From positions 1 through 64,000 of the IMG/VR virus record IMGVR_UViG_3300025889_000083: a stretch of 64,000 bases of DNA. One strand, 5' to 3'. Each line of letters begins with the position of its first letter. The first letter of the stretch is position 1. The notes beneath the pieces are model-generated. The model did no database searches and had not been told where the DNA came from. It saw nothing but the letters and a program-made list of their open reading frames with translations. The position numbers and the translations under genes were made by a program. Of this stretch, positions 18,672 to 27,723 are shown one piece after another. This DNA is from a virus.

Positions 18672-19333
18672 AAGAGCTGAAAACTATATTTATACATATA
18701 CCAAAGTGTGCAGGAACATCACTAGAGGATAGTCTCACAAGAAGATATCCAGCTCTTGGAAATCAACAGATGTGGAACTATAAATTAGAATTTCCAGCAG
18801 TATGGCTATATAACTATTTTGTAGATCGTACTATTTTAGTTTGTAATAAACATGCAAGAGCAGAAGATTATAGAAAAGCTGGATATGCAGGATATAGGCA
18901 TGTAGCTCTAGTGAGGCATCCAGTAGCAAGATGGGAAAGCATGTTTGGATTTCTCAAATGGAGAAAACTATTAAGTACAAAAATTACATTTGATGAATGG
19001 ACTGAGAACGCTATATGGGCAATGAAATACAATGAGCCAGATGGATTTATAGATAAAATAGAGTGGTGGAAATGGTTAAAACAGTTTCCAACTAATTTAG
19101 AGTATCAAGCCTTTATGTTGAAACAAGTAGATTTTATTGATAGAGGAACGAGAATCTATCGACTCGAAGATGAGAAAGGAAAAGATGGGGGTATCTGGAA
19201 AGATCTAGACTGCTACCACTATCCTTCTCGTTCTTTACAGACTCCAAAGGAGTTAAAAGTAAAAGCAAATAAATTTATAACTAAAAAGATAGAAAATTAT
19301 TTTAAGGAAGACTATGAAGAATTTGGATATTGA
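18662..19333 (+). CDS. sulfotransferase
   Basis: FIHIPKCAGTS, VRHPVARWESMF and a C-terminal EDYEEFGY. Confidence 0.8.
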   Translation: MVLEELKTIFIHIPKCAGTSLEDSLTRRYPALGNQQMWNYKLEFPAVWLYNYFVDRTILVCNKHARAEDYRKAGYAGYRHVALVRHPVARWESMFGFLKWRKLLSTKITFDEWTENAIWAMKYNEPDGFIDKIEWWKWLKQFPTNLEYQAFMLKQVDFIDRGTRIYRLEDEKGKDGGIWKDLDCYHYPSRSLQTPKELKVKANKFITKKIENYFKEDYEEFGY

Positions 19334-19487
19334 GTGGTGGCATCACGACTGTCCTGATAGCGGACCGACTGATACACTGATAGGTCAAGACTGTAACTGG
19401 TGTGAGGCAAAAAGCCCAAGTATGTCACCAAAACAAGTCGAGTTATTAGAGAAGTGGATCTCTGATATAAGCGGGGGAATCGCATAA
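19314..19487 (+). CDS. small His/Cys-containing protein, 57 aa (not in the ORF track)
   Basis: MKNLDIEWWHHDC...DCNWCE...GGIA*; AAGGAAG Shine-Dalgarno. Confidence 0.55.
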   Translation: MKNLDIEWWHHDCPDSGPTDTLIGQDCNWCEAKSPSMSPKQVELLEKWISDISGGIA

Positions 19488-19642
19488 TGTGTTATTTGAT
19501 GTATCATACTGCATGTAAGAAGTGCGGAGAAGGTATGTATAGCTGCAAGTGTGAAGACGATAATGAATGGTTTGAAGTTGCAAAACAAATGAAAGAGGAT
19601 ATAAATGAATCTGAGCGACAGGGACACAATAGTAACAGTTAG
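19487..19642 (+). CDS. small Cys-rich protein, ~51 aa (not in the ORF track)
   Basis: MCYLMYHTACKKCGEGMYSCKCEDD...*; TAATG overlap with the previous stop. Confidence 0.5.
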   Translation: MCYLMYHTACKKCGEGMYSCKCEDDNEWFEVAKQMKEDINESERQGHNSNS

Positions 19643-20291
19643 TGGAGGCTTTGAGTGCCTTGCTGCTTTATGGTGGTCTGTAAATAAAGGTTTAAAACCT
19701 GTTGGAGTTCATTTAAAAAATAATGTTCATGGCAATACTGCAAAAGCTTCAGAGTACTGGGCTAGAAAGCAGTGTGAATATTTCAATGTGCCTCTCATAG
19801 TTGATGAAATTGAAATACCACAGAAAAATGCAATCAAGGTTGCAGTATTTCAATGGCAAAGTGCAATACTTCACTTACTTGCAGGCAACGAAAAAGTGGA
19901 CTGGAAGTATATTGTATGGGGTGCAAATTCAGAGGATAGCTTTAGGCAGAGAGTTCAGCTAAGATATCCAAGTAAAATGATACAAATGTATCAAAGTGAT
20001 GCAATAGATGCACACGGAATACACAAAAAAGTTTTATTGAATAGTCCAATAAACTTATTTCCATTTGAACATCTTACAAAATCAGAAATAGTAGGAATTA
20101 TTGGCAGAATAGAGCCAAAAACATTAGATCTAGCTTTTTCTTGTGTAAGAGGTTATCAATTAGTAGAAGAATGGAAAATGTGTGAAAAATGTAATAAATG
20201 TGCTGAATGGCAACTTGCTAAACAAATAGCAGGTCAAGCAAAATTCAGAGTACAAGAAGGATTTGATTATGGCGCTAGTTTCGGTAGTTAA
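19605..20291 (+). CDS. QueC-like PP-loop ATPase/amidoligase
   Basis: Variant PP-loop SGGFEC, PF..LTKSEI and the SC...CxxCxxC Zn cluster. Confidence 0.65.
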   Translation: MNLSDRDTIVTVSGGFECLAALWWSVNKGLKPVGVHLKNNVHGNTAKASEYWARKQCEYFNVPLIVDEIEIPQKNAIKVAVFQWQSAILHLLAGNEKVDWKYIVWGANSEDSFRQRVQLRYPSKMIQMYQSDAIDAHGIHKKVLLNSPINLFPFEHLTKSEIVGIIGRIEPKTLDLAFSCVRGYQLVEEWKMCEKCNKCAEWQLAKQIAGQAKFRVQEGFDYGASFGS

Positions 20292-20814
20292 ACATTGGAA
20301 CGAGTTAACAAAAGATGAACTGTATAGAATTATACAGTTAAGAATTGACGGCTTTATAGTTAGAAATAAAGTCTGTTACCAAGATTTGGAGTATTATTAC
20401 GATGAAAGTCAGGTATATTTTATGTGGTACGATACTGTACTGGGCATTGCTCCTCAGCTTATGGTCGGTACAAACTCCTTGTGCGACAGAAAAGTGTTCG
20501 TTGGAGACGATGGAACAGAATACAGATATCCTGCATTCCGCCGACAGGCATGGGAACGAAGCTACAAAGGTGGTTGCTCCACACGTGATCTAATATTAGG
20601 TCGAGAAGTAGCAATTAAATATTGGGGTAGTCCTAACATGATGTTAGAGATTACATATGAAGGTGGTAAACAACCATTTTTGGATTTTGGATGTAAAGAA
20701 GTAGGAACAAATGTAGATCCTGCTGGTAGAGTGAACTGGGTGTTCGTATATGAAGAAGAAAATTTTAAAAATAAAATCGCCTCTGAATTTAGACAAGTAT
20801 CTAGCAATAGCTAA
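20263..20814 (+). CDS. ElaA-like GNAT acyltransferase
   Basis: ELT..ELY.I..LR...F.V....YQDL N-terminal signature of ElaA. Confidence 0.55.
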   Translation: MIMALVSVVKHWNELTKDELYRIIQLRIDGFIVRNKVCYQDLEYYYDESQVYFMWYDTVLGIAPQLMVGTNSLCDRKVFVGDDGTEYRYPAFRRQAWERSYKGGCSTRDLILGREVAIKYWGSPNMMLEITYEGGKQPFLDFGCKEVGTNVDPAGRVNWVFVYEEENFKNKIASEFRQVSSNS

Positions 20815-21259
20815 GATCAATCAATACAAGGCGCATCAGTATTTTCATAAAGACGGAGAACTGATAAATGGATATAAGTATTTTCACTGGATGGAGCCAG
20901 AACTAAGAGATTTTGTACATGATCTAGGACTAGAAAATTTTCAATGGTCATGGAGATTTGTTTATATAGCTCCTAATACAGAATTACCAATACATAGTGA
21001 TAAAGGTACTCGATGTGCAGTAAACTTTGTTTTAACAGGTAAATACCCAATACAGTGGGTAATTGATGAAGGTACACGAGAATTAAATATGTATGAAACT
21101 GCAATTCTCGATGTAACTCAACCACATTTTGTACAGACAGGATGGAATGAAAGAATACTACTAAAGCTGTCTTTTTTAGACGCAGGATTTGAAGAGGTAT
21201 GTGAAGCATGGTACAATTTCCAATCTTTGCAATCCACACAGCTGATGTCGACACTATAG
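20750..21259 (+). CDS. cupin / 2OG-Fe(II) hydroxylase-like protein
   Basis: LPIHSD (HxD), PH.V and ERI.L. Confidence 0.6.
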   Translation: MKKKILKIKSPLNLDKYLAIAKINQYKAHQYFHKDGELINGYKYFHWMEPELRDFVHDLGLENFQWSWRFVYIAPNTELPIHSDKGTRCAVNFVLTGKYPIQWVIDEGTRELNMYETAILDVTQPHFVQTGWNERILLKLSFLDAGFEEVCEAWYNFQSLQSTQLMSTL

Positions 21260-21675
21260 ACGGCATCACTTGGATAGAGGATCAAGTACTAGACGATAAA
21301 AATATGAGTGGAGAAACACTAGGACTTCGTCGTTTACAAACTCCAATGAAAAGTATTTATCCACTTAAAATAATGCTAGAAGATGAAGTAGCACTAATGA
21401 AGCACCATGGCAAGCATTATATAGATAATTATGGTAAAGTCTTCACCTATGTAAAGACTAAAAATGTAAGATTAACTTACTTAAGAATTGCTAGAGTAGT
21501 ACCAAAAGATATCTGCTCTATAGTGTGGGTAAAGGATGTACCTTTCCCATTTGAAGAAAAAAGACCTTTGCCACGAGAGGCAAAGTGGGCAGGAGTATTA
21601 TATAAAAGTGGTATTCCTTGGAAAATTTACGAATATACAACAGAAAAGAAAAAGGATACATACAGAAAGTGTTAA
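21208..21675 (+). CDS. conserved T5-like protein of the pol-D10 interval
   Basis: FP...VLDDKNMSGETLGLRRLQ; synteny with T5. Confidence 0.55.
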   Translation: MVQFPIFAIHTADVDTIDGITWIEDQVLDDKNMSGETLGLRRLQTPMKSIYPLKIMLEDEVALMKHHGKHYIDNYGKVFTYVKTKNVRLTYLRIARVVPKDICSIVWVKDVPFPFEEKRPLPREAKWAGVLYKSGIPWKIYEYTTEKKKDTYRKC

Positions 21676-22472
21676 TACTAATAAACATAGACGTAACAGG
21701 ACTATGTAACGAAACATGTAATTATTGTCCTCGTAGTCATGGGTATCCTAATACAAAAGACTATATGTCTGTTGAGTTATTTCAAAAGTTTGTAAATGAT
21801 GTAAACGCAGAAGGATTTACTGGACATATTTGTTGGTCTGGTAGAGGAGAAAATAGTTTACATCCAAAGTTTGAAGAAATGGTGAAAATATTACATCATT
21901 CAAATAGAAAATATAAAACTCGTATTCTAACAAATGGGTACAAGTTAAAGCAGCGTAAGTGGTTATTCAAAAGATTTGATAATGTAATTATGAATACCTA
22001 TACGCATAGAGGTGATTTTCAATGGCGCAAAGAGTATTTTACTCATACAATGGCTGGACATCCAGTGCAACACCGCTTTTGGGATCAAAGTGTAAAACCA
22101 GAGGAGTGGGCAGTCACTCCAATACAGGTTCAAAATAGAATAGAAGTTTACAAAGGAATTATTGCTACAGATAATCCAGCGATAAACCTGCCATGTAGCC
22201 TACCAGCTACAAAAGCATGGATACACTGGGATGGTACAATTCAGTTATGTTGTAATGACTGGACTGATACAAATATATTCGGCAACATTAAAGATGATAA
22301 TATTTTTGAGGTTTGGCGTACACATCCTAAACTACGAGAAATGAGAGAAAATCTAATGAAAGGAAATAGATCTCTATATAACGTATGCTCACGATGCAAC
22401 AAAAAACATTCTAAACTTGAACATCATAGATGGAGAATAATAAATGAAAATAATCAGTTATTACACACCTAA
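21618..22472 (+). CDS. radical SAM protein with SPASM/twitch domain
   Basis: CNETCNYC (CxxxCxxC), GE, TNG; C-terminal C..P...G....CC.D...GN...CxxC. Confidence 0.88.
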   Translation: MENLRIYNRKEKGYIQKVLILINIDVTGLCNETCNYCPRSHGYPNTKDYMSVELFQKFVNDVNAEGFTGHICWSGRGENSLHPKFEEMVKILHHSNRKYKTRILTNGYKLKQRKWLFKRFDNVIMNTYTHRGDFQWRKEYFTHTMAGHPVQHRFWDQSVKPEEWAVTPIQVQNRIEVYKGIIATDNPAINLPCSLPATKAWIHWDGTIQLCCNDWTDTNIFGNIKDDNIFEVWRTHPKLREMRENLMKGNRSLYNVCSRCNKKHSKLEHHRWRIINENNQLLHT

Positions 22473-22992
22473 TTACGCAGGTGTAGCAAATAGGCTCAAA
22501 CAATCATTAGAAAAATTTGGGCAAGATTACTATATGGAACATATAGACGATCAAGGCAGTTGGGAAGAAAACTGCGGATATAAACCTAAGTTTATCTTAG
22601 AGTGTATGGAAAAGTTTGATGAAGATTTATTTTGGCTGGATGCAGATGCTGAACTTCTTAGAAAACCTACTTGGAAAGAGTTTGAAGATGATAAGAAAAT
22701 AGGTGCACATGCTCATTTTCACAAACAAATGCAGAAATGGGAATTACTTAGTGGTAGTCTGTATCTACCGAATACTGAAATAAATAGAATGATTATTAAA
22801 GGATGGCACAATCATCAGAAAAATAATCCAATGGCGTGGGATCAACGAACACTCTCTGAAATACTTAATTCTATACCAGATAGCGAAAATAACTGGTTTG
22901 TAATGGATAATAAATGGTGTTTTATAAAAGGAATTATGGAATGTAATGATCCTATCATGTATCACTATCAGGAATCAAGAAATAAAACATAA
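22444..22992 (+). CDS. GT-A glycosyltransferase (nucleotide-diphospho-sugar transferase)
   Basis: KP.FI, WLDAD (DxD), SG, WDQ and H. Confidence 0.75.
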   Translation: MKIISYYTPNYAGVANRLKQSLEKFGQDYYMEHIDDQGSWEENCGYKPKFILECMEKFDEDLFWLDADAELLRKPTWKEFEDDKKIGAHAHFHKQMQKWELLSGSLYLPNTEINRMIIKGWHNHQKNNPMAWDQRTLSEILNSIPDSENNWFVMDNKWCFIKGIMECNDPIMYHYQESRNKT

Positions 22993-24500
22993 TGTGCGGA
23001 TTTGTAGGAACAACTAGACATCATTTAGCTAAGCCAATGTTGGAAAAGCAGGAATTTCGTGGTCCAGACGGAATGTGGTTTTGGAAAAATGAACACCTTG
23101 CTTTAGGACATGCTTTGCTAGATATAAATGGTGAAGCACAAATACAACCTTTTCATATGTCAAATGGAGACAAATTAGTTTTCAATGGAGAAATGTATAA
23201 TAGTCCATATGCAAATGATACAAAATTTTTAGCAAGTGGACTAATGAAATATGGCTATGACTTTCTGCGTTTAAATGACTGGCATGGATCTATAGCATGG
23301 TATAAAATAAAAGAAGCAAAAGTTGTCCTTATACGAGATCATTTTGGAAGTAAACCATTATGGTATAAACATGAAGGCAAAACTTTTGAATTTGCAACTT
23401 CACTAAGAAGTTTCGAAAAGAAAGAGTTTATTGATTATTATAATCATTTTATAGTATCTTTTCAATGGATGGGAGAATTTTCACCATATAAACTAATTGA
23501 TAAAGTAGCTGCTGGACAGATTATAGAGTATGACTTTAACAAAAATCGAGTAACAAAACGAAGTTTGTGGGATGGATTTATTGTAGGAAGTAGAGGTTTT
23601 GAAACAAATATATTTAGAGGTATGCTTATTGACTCTATTGTTAAGACTGCTCGCACAAAACAAAAAGTAGGATTATTTCTTAGTGGTGGTTTTGATAGTA
23701 CAATGGTACTAAGTATTGCTAGAAAATTAGATATAGACTTAAATGTCTATACAATAAATTATGAGAAAGCACCAGGAAATCACTGGAGTCATAATTCTTT
23801 TTATGAAGAAAGTGAGCTTGCAAGAAAAACTTGTGAAGAATGGAATATACCTCTTAAGGTAGTAGAATTAAAAAGAGACGAAAGAGTTCACCTAAGTAGA
23901 TTATGGTTAAATAAAACTCATTTTCCTTGGGGAGATATGAATAGAGTAGCTCCTCGTTATTTACTTGCTAGAGCCGCTGCAGAAGATAATTGTAAAGTTA
24001 TTTTAACAGGTGATGGGGGCGATGAATTATTTAGTGGATACAATCATCATAATAAAAGATTTCAAGAAGGATATAATGAAGAATCTATGAAAAGAATGAG
24101 AGAACAAAATCCATGGTTTCCTAGTGCAGCATTTAGTCATGATGTGAAAAATAATGGACTATTTATAGACCTTCTTACTACTTGTGAACAAAATGTATTA
24201 GCAGCAGATCAAACTATCGGAATGTTCGGTATGGAATCTAGACCTTGCTTACTTACACAGAATTTTGCTAAGTTTACATTATCTATAGCAAGTAATATCA
24301 AGTTTAAACAGTGGAAAGATTTTCGTGCTGGAACAACAAAATGGTTAATGAGGCATGTTATGCGGGATTATCTACCTAAGCATATCACTCAGAGAAAAAT
24401 GAAAATGGGGTGGTCAAGTCCGTGGGATAATAACCATCCAGAAGTGCAAACCGATTGGTTAGCACAAGATATAGAATTTTTAAAAGCGATTATAAAGTGA
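22992..24500 (+). CDS. asparagine synthetase B-like glutamine amidotransferase
   Basis: MCG N-terminal nucleophile, RGPD, FNGE.YN, RD.FG.KPL, LSGGFDS and GDGGDELFSGY. Confidence 0.9.
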   Translation: MCGFVGTTRHHLAKPMLEKQEFRGPDGMWFWKNEHLALGHALLDINGEAQIQPFHMSNGDKLVFNGEMYNSPYANDTKFLASGLMKYGYDFLRLNDWHGSIAWYKIKEAKVVLIRDHFGSKPLWYKHEGKTFEFATSLRSFEKKEFIDYYNHFIVSFQWMGEFSPYKLIDKVAAGQIIEYDFNKNRVTKRSLWDGFIVGSRGFETNIFRGMLIDSIVKTARTKQKVGLFLSGGFDSTMVLSIARKLDIDLNVYTINYEKAPGNHWSHNSFYEESELARKTCEEWNIPLKVVELKRDERVHLSRLWLNKTHFPWGDMNRVAPRYLLARAAAEDNCKVILTGDGGDELFSGYNHHNKRFQEGYNEESMKRMREQNPWFPSAAFSHDVKNNGLFIDLLTTCEQNVLAADQTIGMFGMESRPCLLTQNFAKFTLSIASNIKFKQWKDFRAGTTKWLMRHVMRDYLPKHITQRKMKMGWSSPWDNNHPEVQTDWLAQDIEFLKAIIK

Positions 24501-25777
24501 AGGCAGTAATAAGTAATCGTATATACATGAATTGTGATAATCTCCTATTATCCAAAATACAGGAGGAGTTGACTTATACAATTCCTCCTCGTATGCCTTC
24601 TGATCCGCCTCAGATCATACATACTTGGAGATTTATTAAAGATGGGTTGGTGAGTATACCTATCGGAAGAATGGATTTAATCCCAGATGATTACGAAATA
24701 GTCGATAAACGAAATAATATTGAAATTGACTTTCCTGACTTTAAGTTTGATTTACGACCAAGTCAGAAGATGGTTTATGACGAGATACAAGATAACGCAA
24801 TAATTAACGCATGGGTAAGCTGGGGTAAGACTTTTACAGGTTTAGCTATCGCAGGAAAACTAAAACAAAAGACACTCATAGTTACTCATACTACCACATT
24901 AAGAAATCAGTGGGAAAAAGAAGTAAAAAAAGTCTATGGATTTACGCCTGGCAGGATAGGTAGTGGAGTATTCAATATTGATAGTCCTATCGTTGTTGGG
25001 AATATACAATCTTTATACAGAAAAATACTCGATATAAAGAAAGAGTTTGGGACAGTTATACTTGATGAAATGCATCACGTTAGCAGTCCAACATTTACAA
25101 GAATTATAGATGAATTACCATGTAAGTACAAGATTGGACTTACTGGAACACTAGAAAGAAAAGATGGACGACACGTTGTATTTCGTGATTATTTCAGTAG
25201 TAATGTAATGAAACCACCGAAAGAGAATTACATGACACCTGTTATACACGTAGTCAGATCCGATGTTCGATTTCTAGATGGTGCATTTACTCCGTGGGCA
25301 GAAAGAATTAATCATCTAGCCTACAATGAAGAATATGTAAATAGCATTGCAATAATAGCGGCGAAGTATGCTGCAGAAGGACACAAAGTTTTAGTTGTCT
25401 CTGACAGAGTTGCTTTTCTAAAAGCAGCACAAAAGCTAGTCGGAGATAACGCAGTTCACATTACTGGTGAGATGGAACACCAAGATCGTGAACAAACTAT
25501 GAAGTTAATGGAAACTTCAAAAAACATTTTATTTGGCACTCAGTCAATATTCTCAGAAGGTATTTCTTTGAATTGCTTGAGTTGTCTAATATTAGGAACT
25601 CCTATCAATAATGAGCCACTATTGACTCAGCTTATTGGTAGGGTTATTCGAGAAGAAGAAGGAAAGCAGACCCCAGTGGTCGTTGACATTCATCTTCGAG
25701 GAAAAACTGCTGCAAGGCAGGCAAGTGCCCGTATGGGTTATTATATTAAACAAGGATATAAGGTGAAAACAATATGA
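24455..25777 (+). CDS. D10: SF2 helicase (T5 D10/UvsW-like); likely start GTG 24497
   Basis: LRP.Q, GKT, DEMH, GLTGT..R.DG and QLIGRV.R. Confidence 0.88.
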   Translation: MVSTRYRIFKSDYKVKAVISNRIYMNCDNLLLSKIQEELTYTIPPRMPSDPPQIIHTWRFIKDGLVSIPIGRMDLIPDDYEIVDKRNNIEIDFPDFKFDLRPSQKMVYDEIQDNAIINAWVSWGKTFTGLAIAGKLKQKTLIVTHTTTLRNQWEKEVKKVYGFTPGRIGSGVFNIDSPIVVGNIQSLYRKILDIKKEFGTVILDEMHHVSSPTFTRIIDELPCKYKIGLTGTLERKDGRHVVFRDYFSSNVMKPPKENYMTPVIHVVRSDVRFLDGAFTPWAERINHLAYNEEYVNSIAIIAAKYAAEGHKVLVVSDRVAFLKAAQKLVGDNAVHITGEMEHQDREQTMKLMETSKNILFGTQSIFSEGISLNCLSCLILGTPINNEPLLTQLIGRVIREEEGKQTPVVVDIHLRGKTAARQASARMGYYIKQGYKVKTI

Positions 25778-26670
25778 CACAAAAGCAAATTCAATTAAAT
25801 CTCGAAGAAATGAGAAAGATGAAAGTATTTGTAGGAACTCCTATGTATGGTGGTATGTGCCACGGTATGTATACTAAGTCCCTAATGGACACAGTTGCAT
25901 TAGGTATGCAATATGGAGTACCAATTCAGATATATTATCTATTCAATGAGAGTTTGATTACTCGAGCAAGAAATTATGTTGTTGCAAATTTTCTGAAATC
26001 AGATGCTACTCACCTCTTGTTTATTGATAGTGATATATCTTGGAAAGCACTTGATCTTATGTATATGCTACATGTAGCTACAGAAAGACCTGATATCGAA
26101 ATACTTACTGCTCTTTACCCAAAGAAAACTATAGCATGGGAGAAAGTTCTCCTAGGTGCTAAGTCTGGTAAGTATGATGACGATCCTCGAGGTCTAGAAA
26201 AGCTAGCAGGAGATATGGTATTTAACCCAGACCCTAACGCATACCCCGACGGGAGAGCACCAATCTTTGAACCTGTAAAGATTAAAGAAGCAGGTACAGG
26301 ATTTATGCTTATACATAGAAATGTTTTCACCAAGTATGCAGAAGCTTACCCTGAATATTTATACACACCAGATCACTTAAGAGAAGGTGAGTTTGAAAGA
26401 GGAGAAAAAATAATGGCATACTTTGATTGCATTATCAATGAACAGAACAGATATCTTTCCGAAGATTACATGTTCTGTCAAAACTGTACAAAGATTGGCA
26501 TAGATATTTGGACTCTACCTCATATTGAATTGATGCACACAGGTAGTTATGTGTTCCAAGGCAACTTGATAAACATGGCACAACTTGACATTCATCCAAC
26601 AATACAGCCTGAGTACTCTGATAAATTAGCTCAGAAGGCTGCAGAAAAGGCAGAGAAAAATAATTCTTGA
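25774..26670 (+). CDS. GT-A-fold glycosyltransferase-like protein
   Basis: TPMYGG, ESLITRARN, FIDSD (DxD), GTGFMLI and SEDY.FC. Confidence 0.7.
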   Translation: MTQKQIQLNLEEMRKMKVFVGTPMYGGMCHGMYTKSLMDTVALGMQYGVPIQIYYLFNESLITRARNYVVANFLKSDATHLLFIDSDISWKALDLMYMLHVATERPDIEILTALYPKKTIAWEKVLLGAKSGKYDDDPRGLEKLAGDMVFNPDPNAYPDGRAPIFEPVKIKEAGTGFMLIHRNVFTKYAEAYPEYLYTPDHLREGEFERGEKIMAYFDCIINEQNRYLSEDYMFCQNCTKIGIDIWTLPHIELMHTGSYVFQGNLINMAQLDIHPTIQPEYSDKLAQKAAEKAEKNNS

Positions 26671-26695
26671 CAACAACTTAAAATCTTGTTATAAT
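26656..26695 (+). promoter_or_regulatory. sigma70-type phage promoter
   Basis: AAAAATAATTC-TTGACA(26667-26672)-17 bp-TATAAT(26690-26695). Confidence 0.88.
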
Positions 26696-26697
26696 AT

Positions 26698-27093
26698 ATG
26701 ATATTTTACGACTGGGACAAAATACTAAAAGTAAGCAACGGTAAGGTTTGTGACATACTCACGATACTTCGCATTGTAACTTACAAATTGTACCCTAAGA
26801 ACTATGCTGATAAGACTTTCAAGTTTTACCAGCACAAGTATGGTGGTAACTCTTTTCTGCTTAATGCAGAGGAGTTGCTTACCACTGGTCGAACATATAG
26901 TGATAAAGAGGTTGCAGAGTATGCAGGTGTCGCTTCTTATCGCAACTATTATCATTATAGACAAACTGGAGACACCACACTAGACCTCAGGCACTTACCA
27001 GTGAATGAGAACATAATAACTAATAATAGACTGCTCAACATAGAGAATAACAAAATTTACTTTATGTTTGAGGAGACACACAAGGAGAAATAA
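26698..27093 (+). CDS. conserved T5-like hypothetical protein upstream of D11
   Basis: Synteny; G.SFLLN...EY...AS.RNY. Confidence 0.6.
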   Translation: MIFYDWDKILKVSNGKVCDILTILRIVTYKLYPKNYADKTFKFYQHKYGGNSFLLNAEELLTTGRTYSDKEVAEYAGVASYRNYYHYRQTGDTTLDLRHLPVNENIITNNRLLNIENNKIYFMFEETHKEK

Positions 27094-27723
27094 ATGGCAA
27101 TATCATTCGGGCAGACCAAAGGTTCTGCACAGAAAGAAAAAATCGAAACATATAATTACGGTTCCAAAGAGAATCACACAGTAAGATTAGTAGGTGATCT
27201 ACTTCCTAGATATATCTACTGGATCAAAGGTGAAAACGGCAAAAATATTCCTATGGAATGTTTATCTTTTGACAGAAAGACTGAAACTTTCAACAACAAA
27301 GAGCCAGATCACGTCAAAACTTTCTACCCAGACTTAAAATGCGGATGGGCATACGCTGTCCAGTGTATCGATTTGTCTGATGGAACATTAAAAGTTCTTA
27401 ACTTAAAAAGAAAGTTATTTGATCAAATCTTAGTCGCCATGGAAGACTTAGGCGATCCAACAAATCCTGAAACAGGATGGGACATTGTTTTCCAAAGAAA
27501 GAAAACTGGACCACAGGTATTCAATGTTGAATACAATCTTCAAGTGCTTAAGTGCAAACCAAGAGCATTAACTGAAGAAGAAGTGGCTCTAACTGCTGGA
27601 CTTAAGTCTATGGATGATGTTCTTCCTAGACCTACAGCAGATGCTCAAATGGAGCTTCTTAAGAGACTACAGGGCGGCGGATCTGTAGATGAGGATATTT
27701 CTGACGAGTTCGATATAGAATGA
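27094..27723 (+). CDS. D11: T5 D11-like (probable ssDNA-binding) protein
   Basis: RY.YW, W.Y...C and DPT....GWD; acidic tail ending DEFDIE. Confidence 0.8.
   Translation: MAISFGQTKGSAQKEKIETYNYGSKENHTVRLVGDLLPRYIYWIKGENGKNIPMECLSFDRKTETFNNKEPDHVKTFYPDLKCGWAYAVQCIDLSDGTLKVLNLKRKLFDQILVAMEDLGDPTNPETGWDIVFQRKKTGPQVFNVEYNLQVLKCKPRALTEEEVALTAGLKSMDDVLPRPTADAQMELLKRLQGGGSVDEDISDEFDIE

Noticed and set aside
19605-22472. Complete 7-deazaguanine DNA modification system
   Set aside because: Only a variant QueC-like gene is present; no FolE, QueD or DpdA, and the radical SAM protein is SPASM-type.
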